From NCBI GenBank assembly GCA_963753345.1, contig CAVWBU010000027.1, positions 1 through 64,000 on the forward strand: DNA of 64,000 bases, given 5' to 3'. The notes beneath the pieces were generated by a model. It was not told the origin of the DNA, did no database searches, and saw only the letters and a program-made list of their open reading frames with translations. This document shows positions 10,329 through 24,129 of the stretch, piece after piece (the first letter of the stretch is position 1; each line of letters begins with the position of its first letter). This stretch comes from an uncultured Fibrobacterota bacterium (GTDB lineage Bacteria; Fibrobacterota; Chitinivibrionia; Chitinivibrionales; FEN-1185). The translations under genes and the position numbers were made by a program.

Positions 10329-10431
10329 TGTTGGAAGTTAAAAGTTGGAAGTTGAAAGCAAGAAGATAAACGACATACCTGGCTTTATACTTTCAACTTT
10401 CAACCTCCAACTTTCAACCTTTCAACTTCCT
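10329..10431. repeat. Inverted arrays of heptamer tandem repeats (AAGTTGA / TTTCAAC)
   Basis: Seen directly between atpC and atpD. Confidence 0.8.
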
Positions 10432-12766
<2,335 letters not shown>

Positions 12767-12898
12767 CGTTTATTCTTTGGGCCTGATTTAGATATTTTGA
12801 TAGTGTATAAAATCTTATTCTATAGTTAACATCAGCGAAATCATTTTAATCCATGTAATCCTGGTTTAAAATCAGTGGCATCATTTTAATCAGCGCAA

Positions 12899-14404
<1,506 letters not shown>

Positions 14405-14431
14405 GATGGTGCTTTCTCTTTTTGTGACAGA

Positions 14432-14971
14432 CTAAAACGCCGTTATGGTCTCGGACAGTCTTTTCAATTGATGAGCAATGCTTCCGTCAATCACCCTGTC
14501 CCCGAAAATGATGCGCATTCCTCCCATGAGGGAAGGGTTGACTTCGCTGGTAATAACAATATTCTTTTCAAGGTTTTTTGTGAGGCTTGCTTTTATCTTC
14601 TTGAGGACTTCGCCGGACAGGGGCGAAATGCTTTCCGCTTTCACATTCACCTTGTTCTCGTCCTCGTCGAGCATTCCCGAAAAACATTTGGCGATCGCGC
14701 TAAAATGGAAAATTCGTTTTTTGTCAATAAGGTACCCTGCAAATTTCAGAGTGACGCTCTCACACGCCGATGCGAACAGCGCCTGCATCACCTGTTTTTT
14801 TTCTTCGGGAGTTATTTCGGGATGGTATAAAACGCGCTTAAGGTCCCTGTTCGTATCGATGCAGCGGGATATATCGCCGAGGTTGTCGCACACCTTTCTG
14901 GCATTTCCCAGATTCATTGAGATTTTGTGCAAGGCGCGTGCGTACCGGAGTGCGAGCGAGGTGTTGAACAT
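14432..14971 (-). CDS. atpH: ATP synthase F1 delta
   Basis: RYARAL, NPSLMGG...VIDGSI; operon position. Confidence 0.92.
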   Translation of the reverse strand: MFNTSLALRYARALHKISMNLGNARKVCDNLGDISRCIDTNRDLKRVLYHPEITPEEKKQVMQALFASACESVTLKFAGYLIDKKRIFHFSAIAKCFSGMLDEDENKVNVKAESISPLSGEVLKKIKASLTKNLEKNIVITSEVNPSLMGGMRIIFGDRVIDGSIAHQLKRLSETITAF

Positions 14972-15040
14972 AATTGTTTTAGAAAGTTGTTTTCTATTTT
15001 TAAATCAGGGTAATCCCATATTTAATCATCAGAATCCCGG

Positions 15041-15538
15041 TCAATTCTTCTTTATGTCGGTCTTGCCGAGATCGTCGATAAACGTTTCGACGAGCCTTCG
15101 GTCGGTGGTCTCGTCGATCTCCCGTTTGAGCAGTTGTTTGGTCGCAAGGATGGAAAGCGTGGCGACCTCGCGCCGTACTTCCGAAAGCGCCTTCTGCTTT
15201 TCCTGTTCGATCTCGCGCCGCGCTTTTTCCAGGAGCTGCTCCGATTCCCTGAGCGCCTCGCCCTTGATGGCTTCCTTGATGTGGCTGCCTTCGACCGTCG
15301 CCTTTTCGATTTCGGCCTTTGCGCTGTTTTTTATCTGGTCGAGCTGGTTAAAGCATTCCTTCTTGAGGCCTTCGACTTCCTGCTTCTGTTTTTCGATTTC
15401 CGCAAACGAGTTCTTGAGGTCGTCAGCACGCTTTCTCATGAAGGGCCGGATGTACCGGTTGAACAAATATCCCAGAACGCCGATCAGGATGATGAAATTG
15501 ACAATTTGGTACACCAGAAGTTTGAGACTGAATTCCAT
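15041..15538 (-). CDS. atpF: ATP synthase Fo subunit b
   Basis: N-terminal TM (QIVNFIIL) plus charged helix; operon position. Confidence 0.92.
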   Translation of the reverse strand: MEFSLKLLVYQIVNFIILIGVLGYLFNRYIRPFMRKRADDLKNSFAEIEKQKQEVEGLKKECFNQLDQIKNSAKAEIEKATVEGSHIKEAIKGEALRESEQLLEKARREIEQEKQKALSEVRREVATLSILATKQLLKREIDETTDRRLVETFIDDLGKTDIKKN

Positions 15539-15618
15539 ACGATCCTTTCTTTACGTATCCCGCCGCGACCGCTGGTGTTGGCCAGCGTGGCATACACCTG
15601 CACCTGCAGGTGACGGAA

Positions 15619-15888
<270 letters not shown>

Positions 15889-15943
15889 TTAAAGATAAGC
15901 CAGAGTTTCCATATTGCATAAAGCGTAAAATTTCAACAGCATT

Positions 15944-16642
15944 TCAATGGCCCTCGTCGGAAGCTATGGCTCCGGACAGGTACACCATGGCAAGCAAAGA
16001 AAAAACAAAACCCTGGATCGGTATCGTGACGACACTGTCCACAAGCATCCATATCGCGGGGACCGCAAGGGCACAAAATGCAAAGAGCATTTTGATGATT
16101 GTTTCTCCGGCAAAGATATTCGAAAACAAACGGAGCGTCAGGGAAAGAGGTCTTGCAAATTCGGAAATGATCTCGATCGGAATCATAATGGGCGCCAACG
16201 CGGGAACAGGCCCCAGGAAATGTTTGAAGTGCTTCAGTCCTTTCTTCGAAATGCCCACATAATTATAGAAGATGAAGACGGTAATCGCCACTGCAGCGGG
16301 CGTGCTGATGTATCCGGTTGGAGACAGCATTCCTGGAATAAGGCCCAGGTAACTGGCAACAAGGACGAATAGCATGATGCTAATGACAAGGGGGAAATAC
16401 GCCGGGCCTTTCGGACCGACGATCTCGGCAAGATATCCCTCGATAAATGCAGTGAGCGACTCGATGACATTTTGCAAGCCGCCGGGCACTGTTTTCCATC
16501 GTGCTACGATAACGACGATAACGGCGATAATAATGGCCATTGCAATCCACGTGTATTCCACTACGAGCGACTCATGTGGAGTGAGAAAGGGCAGGCGAGG
16601 GGCGTGAAGCCATTCAAGCAGTAAAAATTCGTGCTGTTCCAT
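15944..16642 (-). CDS. atpB: ATP synthase Fo subunit a
   Basis: RPLSLTLRLFSNIFAGE, IQGFVFSLL. Confidence 0.95.
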   Translation of the reverse strand: MEQHEFLLLEWLHAPRLPFLTPHESLVVEYTWIAMAIIIAVIVVIVARWKTVPGGLQNVIESLTAFIEGYLAEIVGPKGPAYFPLVISIMLFVLVASYLGLIPGMLSPTGYISTPAAVAITVFIFYNYVGISKKGLKHFKHFLGPVPALAPIMIPIEIISEFARPLSLTLRLFSNIFAGETIIKMLFAFCALAVPAIWMLVDSVVTIPIQGFVFSLLAMVYLSGAIASDEGH

Positions 16643-16894
16643 TTATGGTTTTAACCCCTTAACGATAAAGAGGATTTTCCCCGCAAGAGACACCGCTATT
16701 GCAGAGCACACGAGCCATAATACGGGAACAATTCTTGTTCGCCATAAAAGCAATACCAGCGCGACGAAAAGAATGAGCCTGGCGCCCTCGGCAATTCCGG
16801 CAACGGCGCGCTTGGCTGACGTCGCATTGATGATGAAAAGTCTTGCAGTATAAAAGAAACCCGCTGCATCGGCTAATCCTATTGCCGCGCCCAT
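16643..16894 (-). CDS. AtpI-like membrane protein
   Basis: Small hydrophobic ORF between atpZ-like gene and atpB; start uncertain. Confidence 0.6.
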   Translation of the reverse strand: MGAAIGLADAAGFFYTARLFIINATSAKRAVAGIAEGARLILFVALVLLLWRTRIVPVLWLVCSAIAVSLAGKILFIVKGLKP

Positions 16895-16901
16895 TCCCAC
16901 G

Positions 16902-17123
16902 CTAAGAACCGTATTTCCGAAGTGTCCTGAAAACATTCAGAAATCCTGCGCCTATGCCGAGGAAGATAAAAATAATGGTGAATACCGGTGCCGTGTGAAA
17001 ATGCCTGTCGATTGCAGCCCCTAGAAAATATCCGATCGCCACCGATACAACCAGCACGATTCCCACACTGGAGAGCCTGGCAAGATCCGCAAATTCGCGG
17101 GTCCTGTTTTTCTGGTTTTCCAT
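16902..17123 (-). CDS. AtpZ/AtpI family protein
   Basis: GYFLGAAIDRHF...LGIGAGF motif; first atp gene. Confidence 0.85.
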   Translation of the reverse strand: MENQKNRTREFADLARLSSVGIVLVVSVAIGYFLGAAIDRHFHTAPVFTIIFIFLGIGAGFLNVFRTLRKYGS

Positions 17124-17183
17124 AAAACGGATTAATATAATTGATAGCGGGCGATGAGGTCGTTGATGTCGGAGCCCGGCAGA

Positions 17184-17957
17184 TCAGCGCTTTTCCGTCA
17201 GGAACACCTCGAGCCTCTCCCGGAGTATTGTGGGGTTTTCTCCCGCCTGGATCGACATCACCCCTTCAACCGAGAGGGCTTTGCGGCGCAACTCCTTTGA
17301 GAGTTTTCCCTTTAGTTTCCCGCCCACGGGGATCCAGAACAGGTAGGCAAACGATACTCCGTACAGCATGGCCACGAGGGACATGGCGACCGCGGTGGCA
17401 AGCTGGCCGGGGTCCGAAAGCGAGCCAAGTATCTTGATGAGTCCCACCACCGTGCCGACGACGCCCATGGCAACGGAGCAGCGGCCTGCGGCGTCGAAGA
17501 CCGAGGCCTCCCGCCTTTTCTTCGCCTCGTAGGTGATGATTTCGTTTTCGAGCATGCGCTTGATCAACGCGGGTTCCGAACCGTCAACCATGAACCGGAG
17601 GCCCTTGCGAAGCTCGGGGTCGTATTTTTTGTCAAGCAATTCGCCCCTGATGTCCGCTTCGAGACTGAGGACGCCTTCGCGCCGCGCCTTTTCGGCAAGG
17701 GTGACAAGCGTCTCGATGAGCTGCCTGAGCGCAGCGTCGCCGGCGTTCGGTTTCTGCATCGCGTCGGAAAGGTATCGCGGGATGCCGGCGACTTCGCCGA
17801 AGGTAAACTGGCACAGGATGGCGCCGAGCGTTCCGCCGAACACGATGAGCACCGGGCTCAACGCGATGAGCGCCGGCACGTTCCCTTCCTCAAGCATGTA
17901 TCCCGTGAGCAACATTCCAAACCCGATGACGACGCCGAGTCCGGTGGCTGGGTCCAT
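17184..17957 (-). CDS. motA: MotA/PomA-family stator subunit (divergent, no motB nearby)
   Basis: MDPATGLG, IVFGGTLGA, ARREGVLSLE, GVMSIQAGENP; GGAGGAG RBS. Confidence 0.85.
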   Translation of the reverse strand: MDPATGLGVVIGFGMLLTGYMLEEGNVPALIALSPVLIVFGGTLGAILCQFTFGEVAGIPRYLSDAMQKPNAGDAALRQLIETLVTLAEKARREGVLSLEADIRGELLDKKYDPELRKGLRFMVDGSEPALIKRMLENEIITYEAKKRREASVFDAAGRCSVAMGVVGTVVGLIKILGSLSDPGQLATAVAMSLVAMLYGVSFAYLFWIPVGGKLKGKLSKELRRKALSVEGVMSIQAGENPTILRERLEVFLTEKR

Positions 17958-18213
17958 GATACTCCTCCTCCAGAGGATTAATCTTGCGTAGCATTGATAG
18001 GTGAAGCGCAGGTCGTCGCTCTTGGAACAGATTCTACATAACATACTATCATCCTGTGTGTGCCGGTGCACTAATTTTTTACTGTGCCGGGTTCGTCATG
18101 TGCGACAAGCCACACATTTTCTGGAATTGTGGCGTGCGACCAATCACGATACGTATTTTATATATTCGAGTGTAATGTTCCGATCTTTCATCAAAGGACC
18201 GGATGTGCGAATC

Positions 18214-19455
18214 ATGACCTATGGCAAGTCGGTGTATCTGGCCGCGGGTGCAGCGTTCTGCGTGATGGTGGTTTTCTGCCAGGGCGCGGGGGCGGTGGGA
18301 TTTTTCCCGTCTTTTCATGACCTCGCGGGAAGCGGACATTCGCAATTCATGACGGGCCTTACCGCTGTTTTTGCGGGAAGAGCGCAGAACGGGGCCGGCT
18401 GGGGCAAGAATGCCACCCAGTTCGGGATCGTGTTCGGTGCCGGCATGGGCGTGGCCGCGCTGATCTTCTTTCTTGTCTACGGAATCCGTTCCCGCAGAAA
18501 CAAAACGGAACAGGAAGTCCGATCAAAGGACCTTTTCCTGGAAACGTCCGAGCGCCTCGGTCTTAGCATGGAAGAACGGAACAAGCTGTCCGATCTTCTT
18601 TCGCATCAGAACGTTATGGAGCCCCATACCATCTTCCAGTCGCTCCCGCTGTTCGAGCAGGCCATTGACGCGGAAGTAAACCGCATGCTGGGCGAAGGAC
18701 TGCAGCCGGGCGTCGACAGTCCGGAAGAGAAGCTCCTTTCCGACCTCAGGAAGAAGCTTGGATTTGCGCACATGCCGCTCGAACATCCGCTCGTTTCGAC
18801 GCGGAACATTGCGATCGGTCAGATGGGATCCGTTTTTTCGCGAGAGGGCAACAAACCGCTCATTCACAAGGCGTCAATTGCCGCCAACAACAGTTTTTTC
18901 TTCACGATACAGTACGACACCGAGAAGGAAGAGCATCACCGGTTCGGGCCGAACGACGTGCTCCGCTTCGTGTTCGCGCGTCAGAACGACGGTCTGTACG
19001 GCGCGCAGGTGAAGGTGAAGGGAAGCGAAGAGGCCGGTTCCGTCGATCTTCTTCACACCACCGACCTGCGCCGCAACCAGTTGCGGCAGTACCTCCGGGT
19101 CGAAACAAACCTGGCGCTGAGGTTCAGGCTGCTTTCCACCAAGGACCCGGACAAGAGCGAAATCCAGCGCGGCCACCTTCTCACCACCAAGATGTCCGAC
19201 ATCAGCGGCGGCGGGCTCAGTTTCATGCACGAGCAGTCCTTGAGACTGGGCGACCTTGTTTCGCTTTCCTTCGACCTGCCCGGCCAGGTGTTCGCCGGCA
19301 TCACCGGCAAAATCGTTCATCTCACGCTGCTTGAGGGAAAAGGCGCCCAGGTATTCAAACACCATGTCCAGTTTGTGAATATCGATCAGAGAAAAAGGGA
19401 AAGCATCATCAAGTACGTGTTTGAAAAGGAACGGCAGCTGAGCCAGTTGCGGTAG
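18214..19455 (+). CDS. Membrane-anchored YcgR-like PilZ domain protein
   Basis: Signal/TM segments; RxxxR (LRQYLRV) and DISGGG PilZ motifs. Confidence 0.85.
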   Translation: MTYGKSVYLAAGAAFCVMVVFCQGAGAVGFFPSFHDLAGSGHSQFMTGLTAVFAGRAQNGAGWGKNATQFGIVFGAGMGVAALIFFLVYGIRSRRNKTEQEVRSKDLFLETSERLGLSMEERNKLSDLLSHQNVMEPHTIFQSLPLFEQAIDAEVNRMLGEGLQPGVDSPEEKLLSDLRKKLGFAHMPLEHPLVSTRNIAIGQMGSVFSREGNKPLIHKASIAANNSFFFTIQYDTEKEEHHRFGPNDVLRFVFARQNDGLYGAQVKVKGSEEAGSVDLLHTTDLRRNQLRQYLRVETNLALRFRLLSTKDPDKSEIQRGHLLTTKMSDISGGGLSFMHEQSLRLGDLVSLSFDLPGQVFAGITGKIVHLTLLEGKGAQVFKHHVQFVNIDQRKRESIIKYVFEKERQLSQLR

Positions 19456-19530
19456 CCTCTCCGATCCATCGCGCGAGTCGCTTCACTAACAGGAATCCTG
19501 CGGGAGCCTCGCCCGAGCGGGAACCACGCC

Positions 19531-19869
19531 ATGTCATTCGAGATCAAACTCAAGAAGGTGAATGATGTTCCTGTCCTGGAACTCGTCGGCAGGGCGATTG
19601 ACGTCGACGCGCAGAAATTCTCGCGGAAACTCAAGGCGGTGCATGGGCAGGGCGCACGCCGGATCGTCGTTGATATGAGCAGGACCGAGTTCCTCGACAG
19701 CCACGCGCTGGGAATCATCGTCTATTATGACACGCTCATGCGGAAAGAGGGTAGACGACTCGTCATCCTCAACGGGAACCCCGACGCGCACAGCTATGTG
19801 CACCGGCTCTTCGAACTCACGAACCTTGACAAGGTGATCGCCACCATCACATCGGCTGACGGCATCTGA
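19531..19869 (+). CDS. STAS domain protein
   Basis: VDMSRTEFLDSHALG, LFELTNLD. Confidence 0.85.
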   Translation: MSFEIKLKKVNDVPVLELVGRAIDVDAQKFSRKLKAVHGQGARRIVVDMSRTEFLDSHALGIIVYYDTLMRKEGRRLVILNGNPDAHSYVHRLFELTNLDKVIATITSADGI

Positions 19870-19878
19870 CCGCGGCGG

Positions 19879-21108
19879 CTACGCGCGCGGGAGCGCCGCG
19901 CGGATCCGGTCGAGCGCTTTCTCCACGTTGCCGCGGCTGTTGAACGCGCTGATCCGAACAAAGCCTTCCCCGCACCTTCCGAACCCGGCCCCCGGCGTGC
20001 AGACCACTCCTGCTTTGTCAAGCATCAGGTCGAAGAATTGCCAGGAATCCATGCCGGCATCGAGCCAGATATAGGGCGAATCTTTTCCGCCGTAGCAGGA
20101 GTATCCCAGGTCCGACAGCGCGTTCACGGCAAGCCTCGCGTTTCCCAGGTAGTAATCGTTAATTGCCTGCACCTGCTTCCGTCCTTCCTGCGAATAGAGC
20201 GCCTCCGCGGCGCGCTGCACCATGTAGCAGACGCCGTTGAACTTGGTGGTGTGGCGCCTGTTCCACAGCGCATGGAGCGACTGCGGCCTTCCTGCGGAAT
20301 CGTAGGCGACGCAGGCCTTGGGAACGACGGTGTAGGCGCAGCGCGTTCCGGTGAAACCCGCGGTCTTCGAGTAGCTGCGAAATTCCACGGCCACGTCCCG
20401 CGCGCCCGGAATTTCGAAAATGCTTTGCGGAAGGGAATCGTCGCGGATGAAGGCCACGTAGGCGGCGTCGAAGAGGATGAGCGCTTTGCTGGAGCGCGCC
20501 CAGTCGACCCATGCGGCGAGCTGCGGCCTGGTGATGGTGGCGCCGGTGGGATTGTTGGGAAAACAAAGGTACACGCAATCGACGTGCTCCGCCGGCAGTT
20601 CGGGGACAAAGGAATTTTTCGCGGTTGACTCAAGGTAATATATTCCCGCATACCGGCCGTTCTCGAACGCGCCGGTCCGCCCGGCCATCACGTTGCTGTC
20701 GACATACACCGGGTACACCGGGTCGGGGATAGCGATTCTGGCGGCGGCGGAAAACAGTTCCTGGAAGTTCCCGGTGTCGCATTTCGCGCCGTCCGAAACA
20801 AAAATCTCGTCGGCCGAAATGTCGGCCCCGCGCGCCCGGAAGTCACCCTCGGCGATTTTCTCCTTGAGAAAGCCGTATCCCTGCTCGTCGCCGTACCCGC
20901 GGAACGTTGCGTCGGTCGCCATTTCGTCGGTCGCCTTGTGGAAGGCCTCGATGCACACGGCGGGAAGCGCGCGGGTAGCGTCGCCGATGCCGAGGCGGAC
21001 AATGTCGCGTTCCGGGTGCGCTTTCCTGAACGCGTCGACCCGTTTCGCCACGTCGGAGAACAGATAGGATGATTTGAGCTTGAGGTAGTTCTCGTTGATG
21101 GTGATCAT
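19879..21108 (-). CDS. dapL: LL-diaminopimelate aminotransferase
   Basis: LGIGD, GYGDEQG, SDGAKCD, SYSKTAGFTGTR. Confidence 0.95.
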   Translation of the reverse strand: MITINENYLKLKSSYLFSDVAKRVDAFRKAHPERDIVRLGIGDATRALPAVCIEAFHKATDEMATDATFRGYGDEQGYGFLKEKIAEGDFRARGADISADEIFVSDGAKCDTGNFQELFSAAARIAIPDPVYPVYVDSNVMAGRTGAFENGRYAGIYYLESTAKNSFVPELPAEHVDCVYLCFPNNPTGATITRPQLAAWVDWARSSKALILFDAAYVAFIRDDSLPQSIFEIPGARDVAVEFRSYSKTAGFTGTRCAYTVVPKACVAYDSAGRPQSLHALWNRRHTTKFNGVCYMVQRAAEALYSQEGRKQVQAINDYYLGNARLAVNALSDLGYSCYGGKDSPYIWLDAGMDSWQFFDLMLDKAGVVCTPGAGFGRCGEGFVRISAFNSRGNVEKALDRIRAALPRA

Positions 21109-21367
21109 TACCGTTCCTCAGGTGCGCATGGTTTGTGGAAATCGTACCTCAGTTTTTTGTCGCTCCCGCTTCCGAGGGAATGACATTGAACAAGGTGATT
21201 TTTGAAGTGCTCATATGATACTTTATGTATCGGTAAATGTCAATTACTGGAAATGCGTTATTGGGTTTGCGGATAACATCTTCTATTTTATACGCTCGCA
21301 CAGTTGGCCGCACAATGGTATCATCAAGAAGCATTTATAACCGGATCACACTACCGAAAGCAGCCTC

Positions 21368-23587
21368 ATGGGAATTTTAACCGAAAAAGAAATCGTCGAC
21401 ATCATCCGCAGCGACCTCCGCGATCCGTTCAAGACGCTCGGCATGCACTGGGAAAAGAAAGGGCTGAGCGTCCGCGCGTTTCTCCCCGAAGCCGCATCGG
21501 TCAAGGTTTGCGAAACGGGGAAAGCGAAAACCGCGCCCACGTATGCTATGACCAGGGTCCATGCCGGCGGCGTCTTCGAGGTCGCCGTTCCCGCACGAAA
21601 GAAATTCTTCTCCTACGAATTCGCCTGCACCCTCCTCGACGGAACATCGAAATGTTTCCGCGACCCGTACAGCTTTCTCCCGGTGATGACCGAAGACTCG
21701 CGGTACCTTTTCAACGAAGGCACCCACCAGCGGGTGTACGACGACCTCGGTTCGCATGTGAAGACCGTGGACGGTGTTGACGGATGCGTGTTCGCCGTAT
21801 GGGCGCCCAACGCCAAGCGCGTGTCGCTCGTGGGCGCGTTCAACGGCTGGGACGGCAGGCGGCATCCCATGCGGCTCCTGGGCGCCTCGGGCGTGTGGGA
21901 GCTTTTCGTGCCGGGCCTGGGCCCCGGAACAATTTACAAGTACGAAATAAAAAAGTGGGACCGCGACCACCTCGTGCTCAAGACCGACCCCTGCGGCTAC
22001 TATCAGGAACCGCCGCCGAACCACGCGTCGATCGTGTTCGACATCGACCGGTTTGACTGGAGCGACCACGAATGGCTGGCGCGCCGTTCGGCGGGAAACC
22101 TGCTTAAGGAACCGATGTCGATTTACGAAGTGCATCTCGGCTCGTGGCGCAAGAGCGGCCCCAAGCGCGACGGCGACTGGCTGGGGTACCGCGAGCTCGC
22201 GGCGCATCTTGCGCAGTATGTAAAGGACCTGGGGTATACGCATGTCGAGCTCCTGCCCGTGCAGGACCACCCGTACGTGCCGTCGTGGGGATACCAGGTG
22301 GGAGGATTCTACGCGCCCAACCACCGTTTCGGCACGCCCGAGGATTTCCAATTCTTTGTCAATCATCTTCACAAAAACGGCATCGGCGTGATCATCGACT
22401 GGGTGCCGGGCCATTTTCCCAAGGACGCGTACGGCCTGGCGTACTTCGACGGCTCGCACCTGTACGAATACGCGGACCCGCGCGAGGGTGAGCACAAGGA
22501 CTGGGGAACCCTCATCTTCAACTGGGGCAGGCACGAGGTGAGGAATTTCTTGTTTGCAAACGCACTGTTCTGGATTGAAAAATTCCACATCGACGGGCTC
22601 CGCGTCGACGCGGTGGCTTCCATGCTGTACCGCAACTACAGCAGGAAGGAAGGGGAGTGGATCGCCAACAGACACGGCGGGGTGGAAAACGAGGAGGCGA
22701 TAAACTTCCTGCAGACCATGAACCGGCTCGTGCACGAGAAATTTCCTGGCGCCGTCACCATCGCCGAAGAGAGCACGGCATGGCCGCTCGTTTCGCGGCC
22801 GACGTACCTGGGCGGGCTCGGCTTCACCTTCAAGTGGAACATGGGCTGGATGCACGACATGCTGAGCTATTTTTCCAAGGACCCGGTCTTCCGGAAATAC
22901 CACCAGAACCAGATCACGTTCGCGCTGTGGTACGCGTTTACCGAGAACTTCGTCCTTGTGGTGTCGCACGACGAAGTCGTGCACGGAAAATGCAGCCTGC
23001 TTGAGAAGATGCCCGGGGACGTGTGGTCCAAGTTTGCAAATGGGAGGGCGTTTTTCGGGTTCATGTTCGGGCATCCGGGAAAGAAGCTCATGTTCCAGGG
23101 GTGCGAATTCGGTATGCACTGGGAATGGGACGCGGAGCAGTCCATCAACTGGCATATTCTCTCGGAGGAGGACGACTGCTACCATCACAACGGCCTCATG
23201 AAGTTCGTTGCCGACCTCAACAAGCTTTACAAGAAAGAACCCGCGCTGTGGGAACTCGACTACGAACACGCGGGGTTCCAGTGGATCGATTTCAACGATT
23301 CGGAGAATTCGATCATTTCCTTCATCAGGCGCGGGAAGGAATGGCACAACATCCTCGTGTTCGTGTGCAATTTCGCGCCCGTGGTGAGGCGACACTACCG
23401 GGTGGGCGTCCCGTTCGGCGGAAGATACGAGGAGCTGCTCAATTCCGACGCTTCCGAATACGGCGGCGCCGGGTACGGCAACAGCGGTGCGGCGAACGCG
23501 GACAACGTTCCGATCCACAACCAGCCGATGTCGATCAATCTCACGCTTCCGCCGCTGTCGGTGGAGATTTTCAAGTGGAAACGTTAA
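21368..23587 (+). CDS. glgB: 1,4-alpha-glucan branching enzyme
   Basis: FAVWAPNA, YEVHLGSW, RVDAVASM, AEES, SHDEVVHGK. Confidence 0.97.
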   Translation: MGILTEKEIVDIIRSDLRDPFKTLGMHWEKKGLSVRAFLPEAASVKVCETGKAKTAPTYAMTRVHAGGVFEVAVPARKKFFSYEFACTLLDGTSKCFRDPYSFLPVMTEDSRYLFNEGTHQRVYDDLGSHVKTVDGVDGCVFAVWAPNAKRVSLVGAFNGWDGRRHPMRLLGASGVWELFVPGLGPGTIYKYEIKKWDRDHLVLKTDPCGYYQEPPPNHASIVFDIDRFDWSDHEWLARRSAGNLLKEPMSIYEVHLGSWRKSGPKRDGDWLGYRELAAHLAQYVKDLGYTHVELLPVQDHPYVPSWGYQVGGFYAPNHRFGTPEDFQFFVNHLHKNGIGVIIDWVPGHFPKDAYGLAYFDGSHLYEYADPREGEHKDWGTLIFNWGRHEVRNFLFANALFWIEKFHIDGLRVDAVASMLYRNYSRKEGEWIANRHGGVENEEAINFLQTMNRLVHEKFPGAVTIAEESTAWPLVSRPTYLGGLGFTFKWNMGWMHDMLSYFSKDPVFRKYHQNQITFALWYAFTENFVLVVSHDEVVHGKCSLLEKMPGDVWSKFANGRAFFGFMFGHPGKKLMFQGCEFGMHWEWDAEQSINWHILSEEDDCYHHNGLMKFVADLNKLYKKEPALWELDYEHAGFQWIDFNDSENSIISFIRRGKEWHNILVFVCNFAPVVRRHYRVGVPFGGRYEELLNSDASEYGGAGYGNSGAANADNVPIHNQPMSINLTLPPLSVEIFKWKR

Positions 23588-23706
23588 AAAGTTGAAGGTT
23601 CAAAGTTACAAGTTAAAAGCGGAAAAGTGAAGCTTCAAATTTTACTTTCAACCTGTAACCTTCAATTTTTGCCTTGTCAGCATGCAAATGGACAAAGGAG
23701 GCAAAT

Positions 23707-23925
23707 GTGAAACGAATCTACCGCGATCCCGACCGCAAAATGCTCGCCGGCATATGCGCCGGCATCGGAGAAATGCTCGACATCGACCCAACGCTCATCC
23801 GTCTGGGCTTGGTGTTCGGAACTGTGGTGACCGGGTTTGTCCCCGGCGCTGTGATGTATGCCGTGGGCTGGTTCATCATTCCGCAGAAACAGGACGTTGT
23901 GCAGGACGTTCAAAGCCGGAAGTGA
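23707..23925 (+). CDS. PspC domain protein
   Basis: RIYR...MLAGICAGIGEMLDIDPTLIR; AAGGAG RBS. Confidence 0.85.
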   Translation: MKRIYRDPDRKMLAGICAGIGEMLDIDPTLIRLGLVFGTVVTGFVPGAVMYAVGWFIIPQKQDVVQDVQSRK

Positions 23926-24129
23926 GCCTGACCAACGCGGGCATGCAAACGCCGCCGGTTGTCGAGGGACGGAGGATTCTCAGGTCGCCTCTCCCATTCC
24001 AATCTTACCCGCGGTAAGAATTTTACCGCTTCGCTTTCCGCAAAAATCGTTGCAGTCTCTTCATCACCGTGTTACTATTACTCTTCATACTGCATTGACC
24101 AATGCCGTCTTGTCTCCTGAAGGAGTGCC

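Noticed and set aside
21377-23518. 713-aa minus-strand ORF (similar long shadows over atpA, tssK, tssM, pilT and the TPR gene)
   Set aside because: Antisense to well-supported genes.
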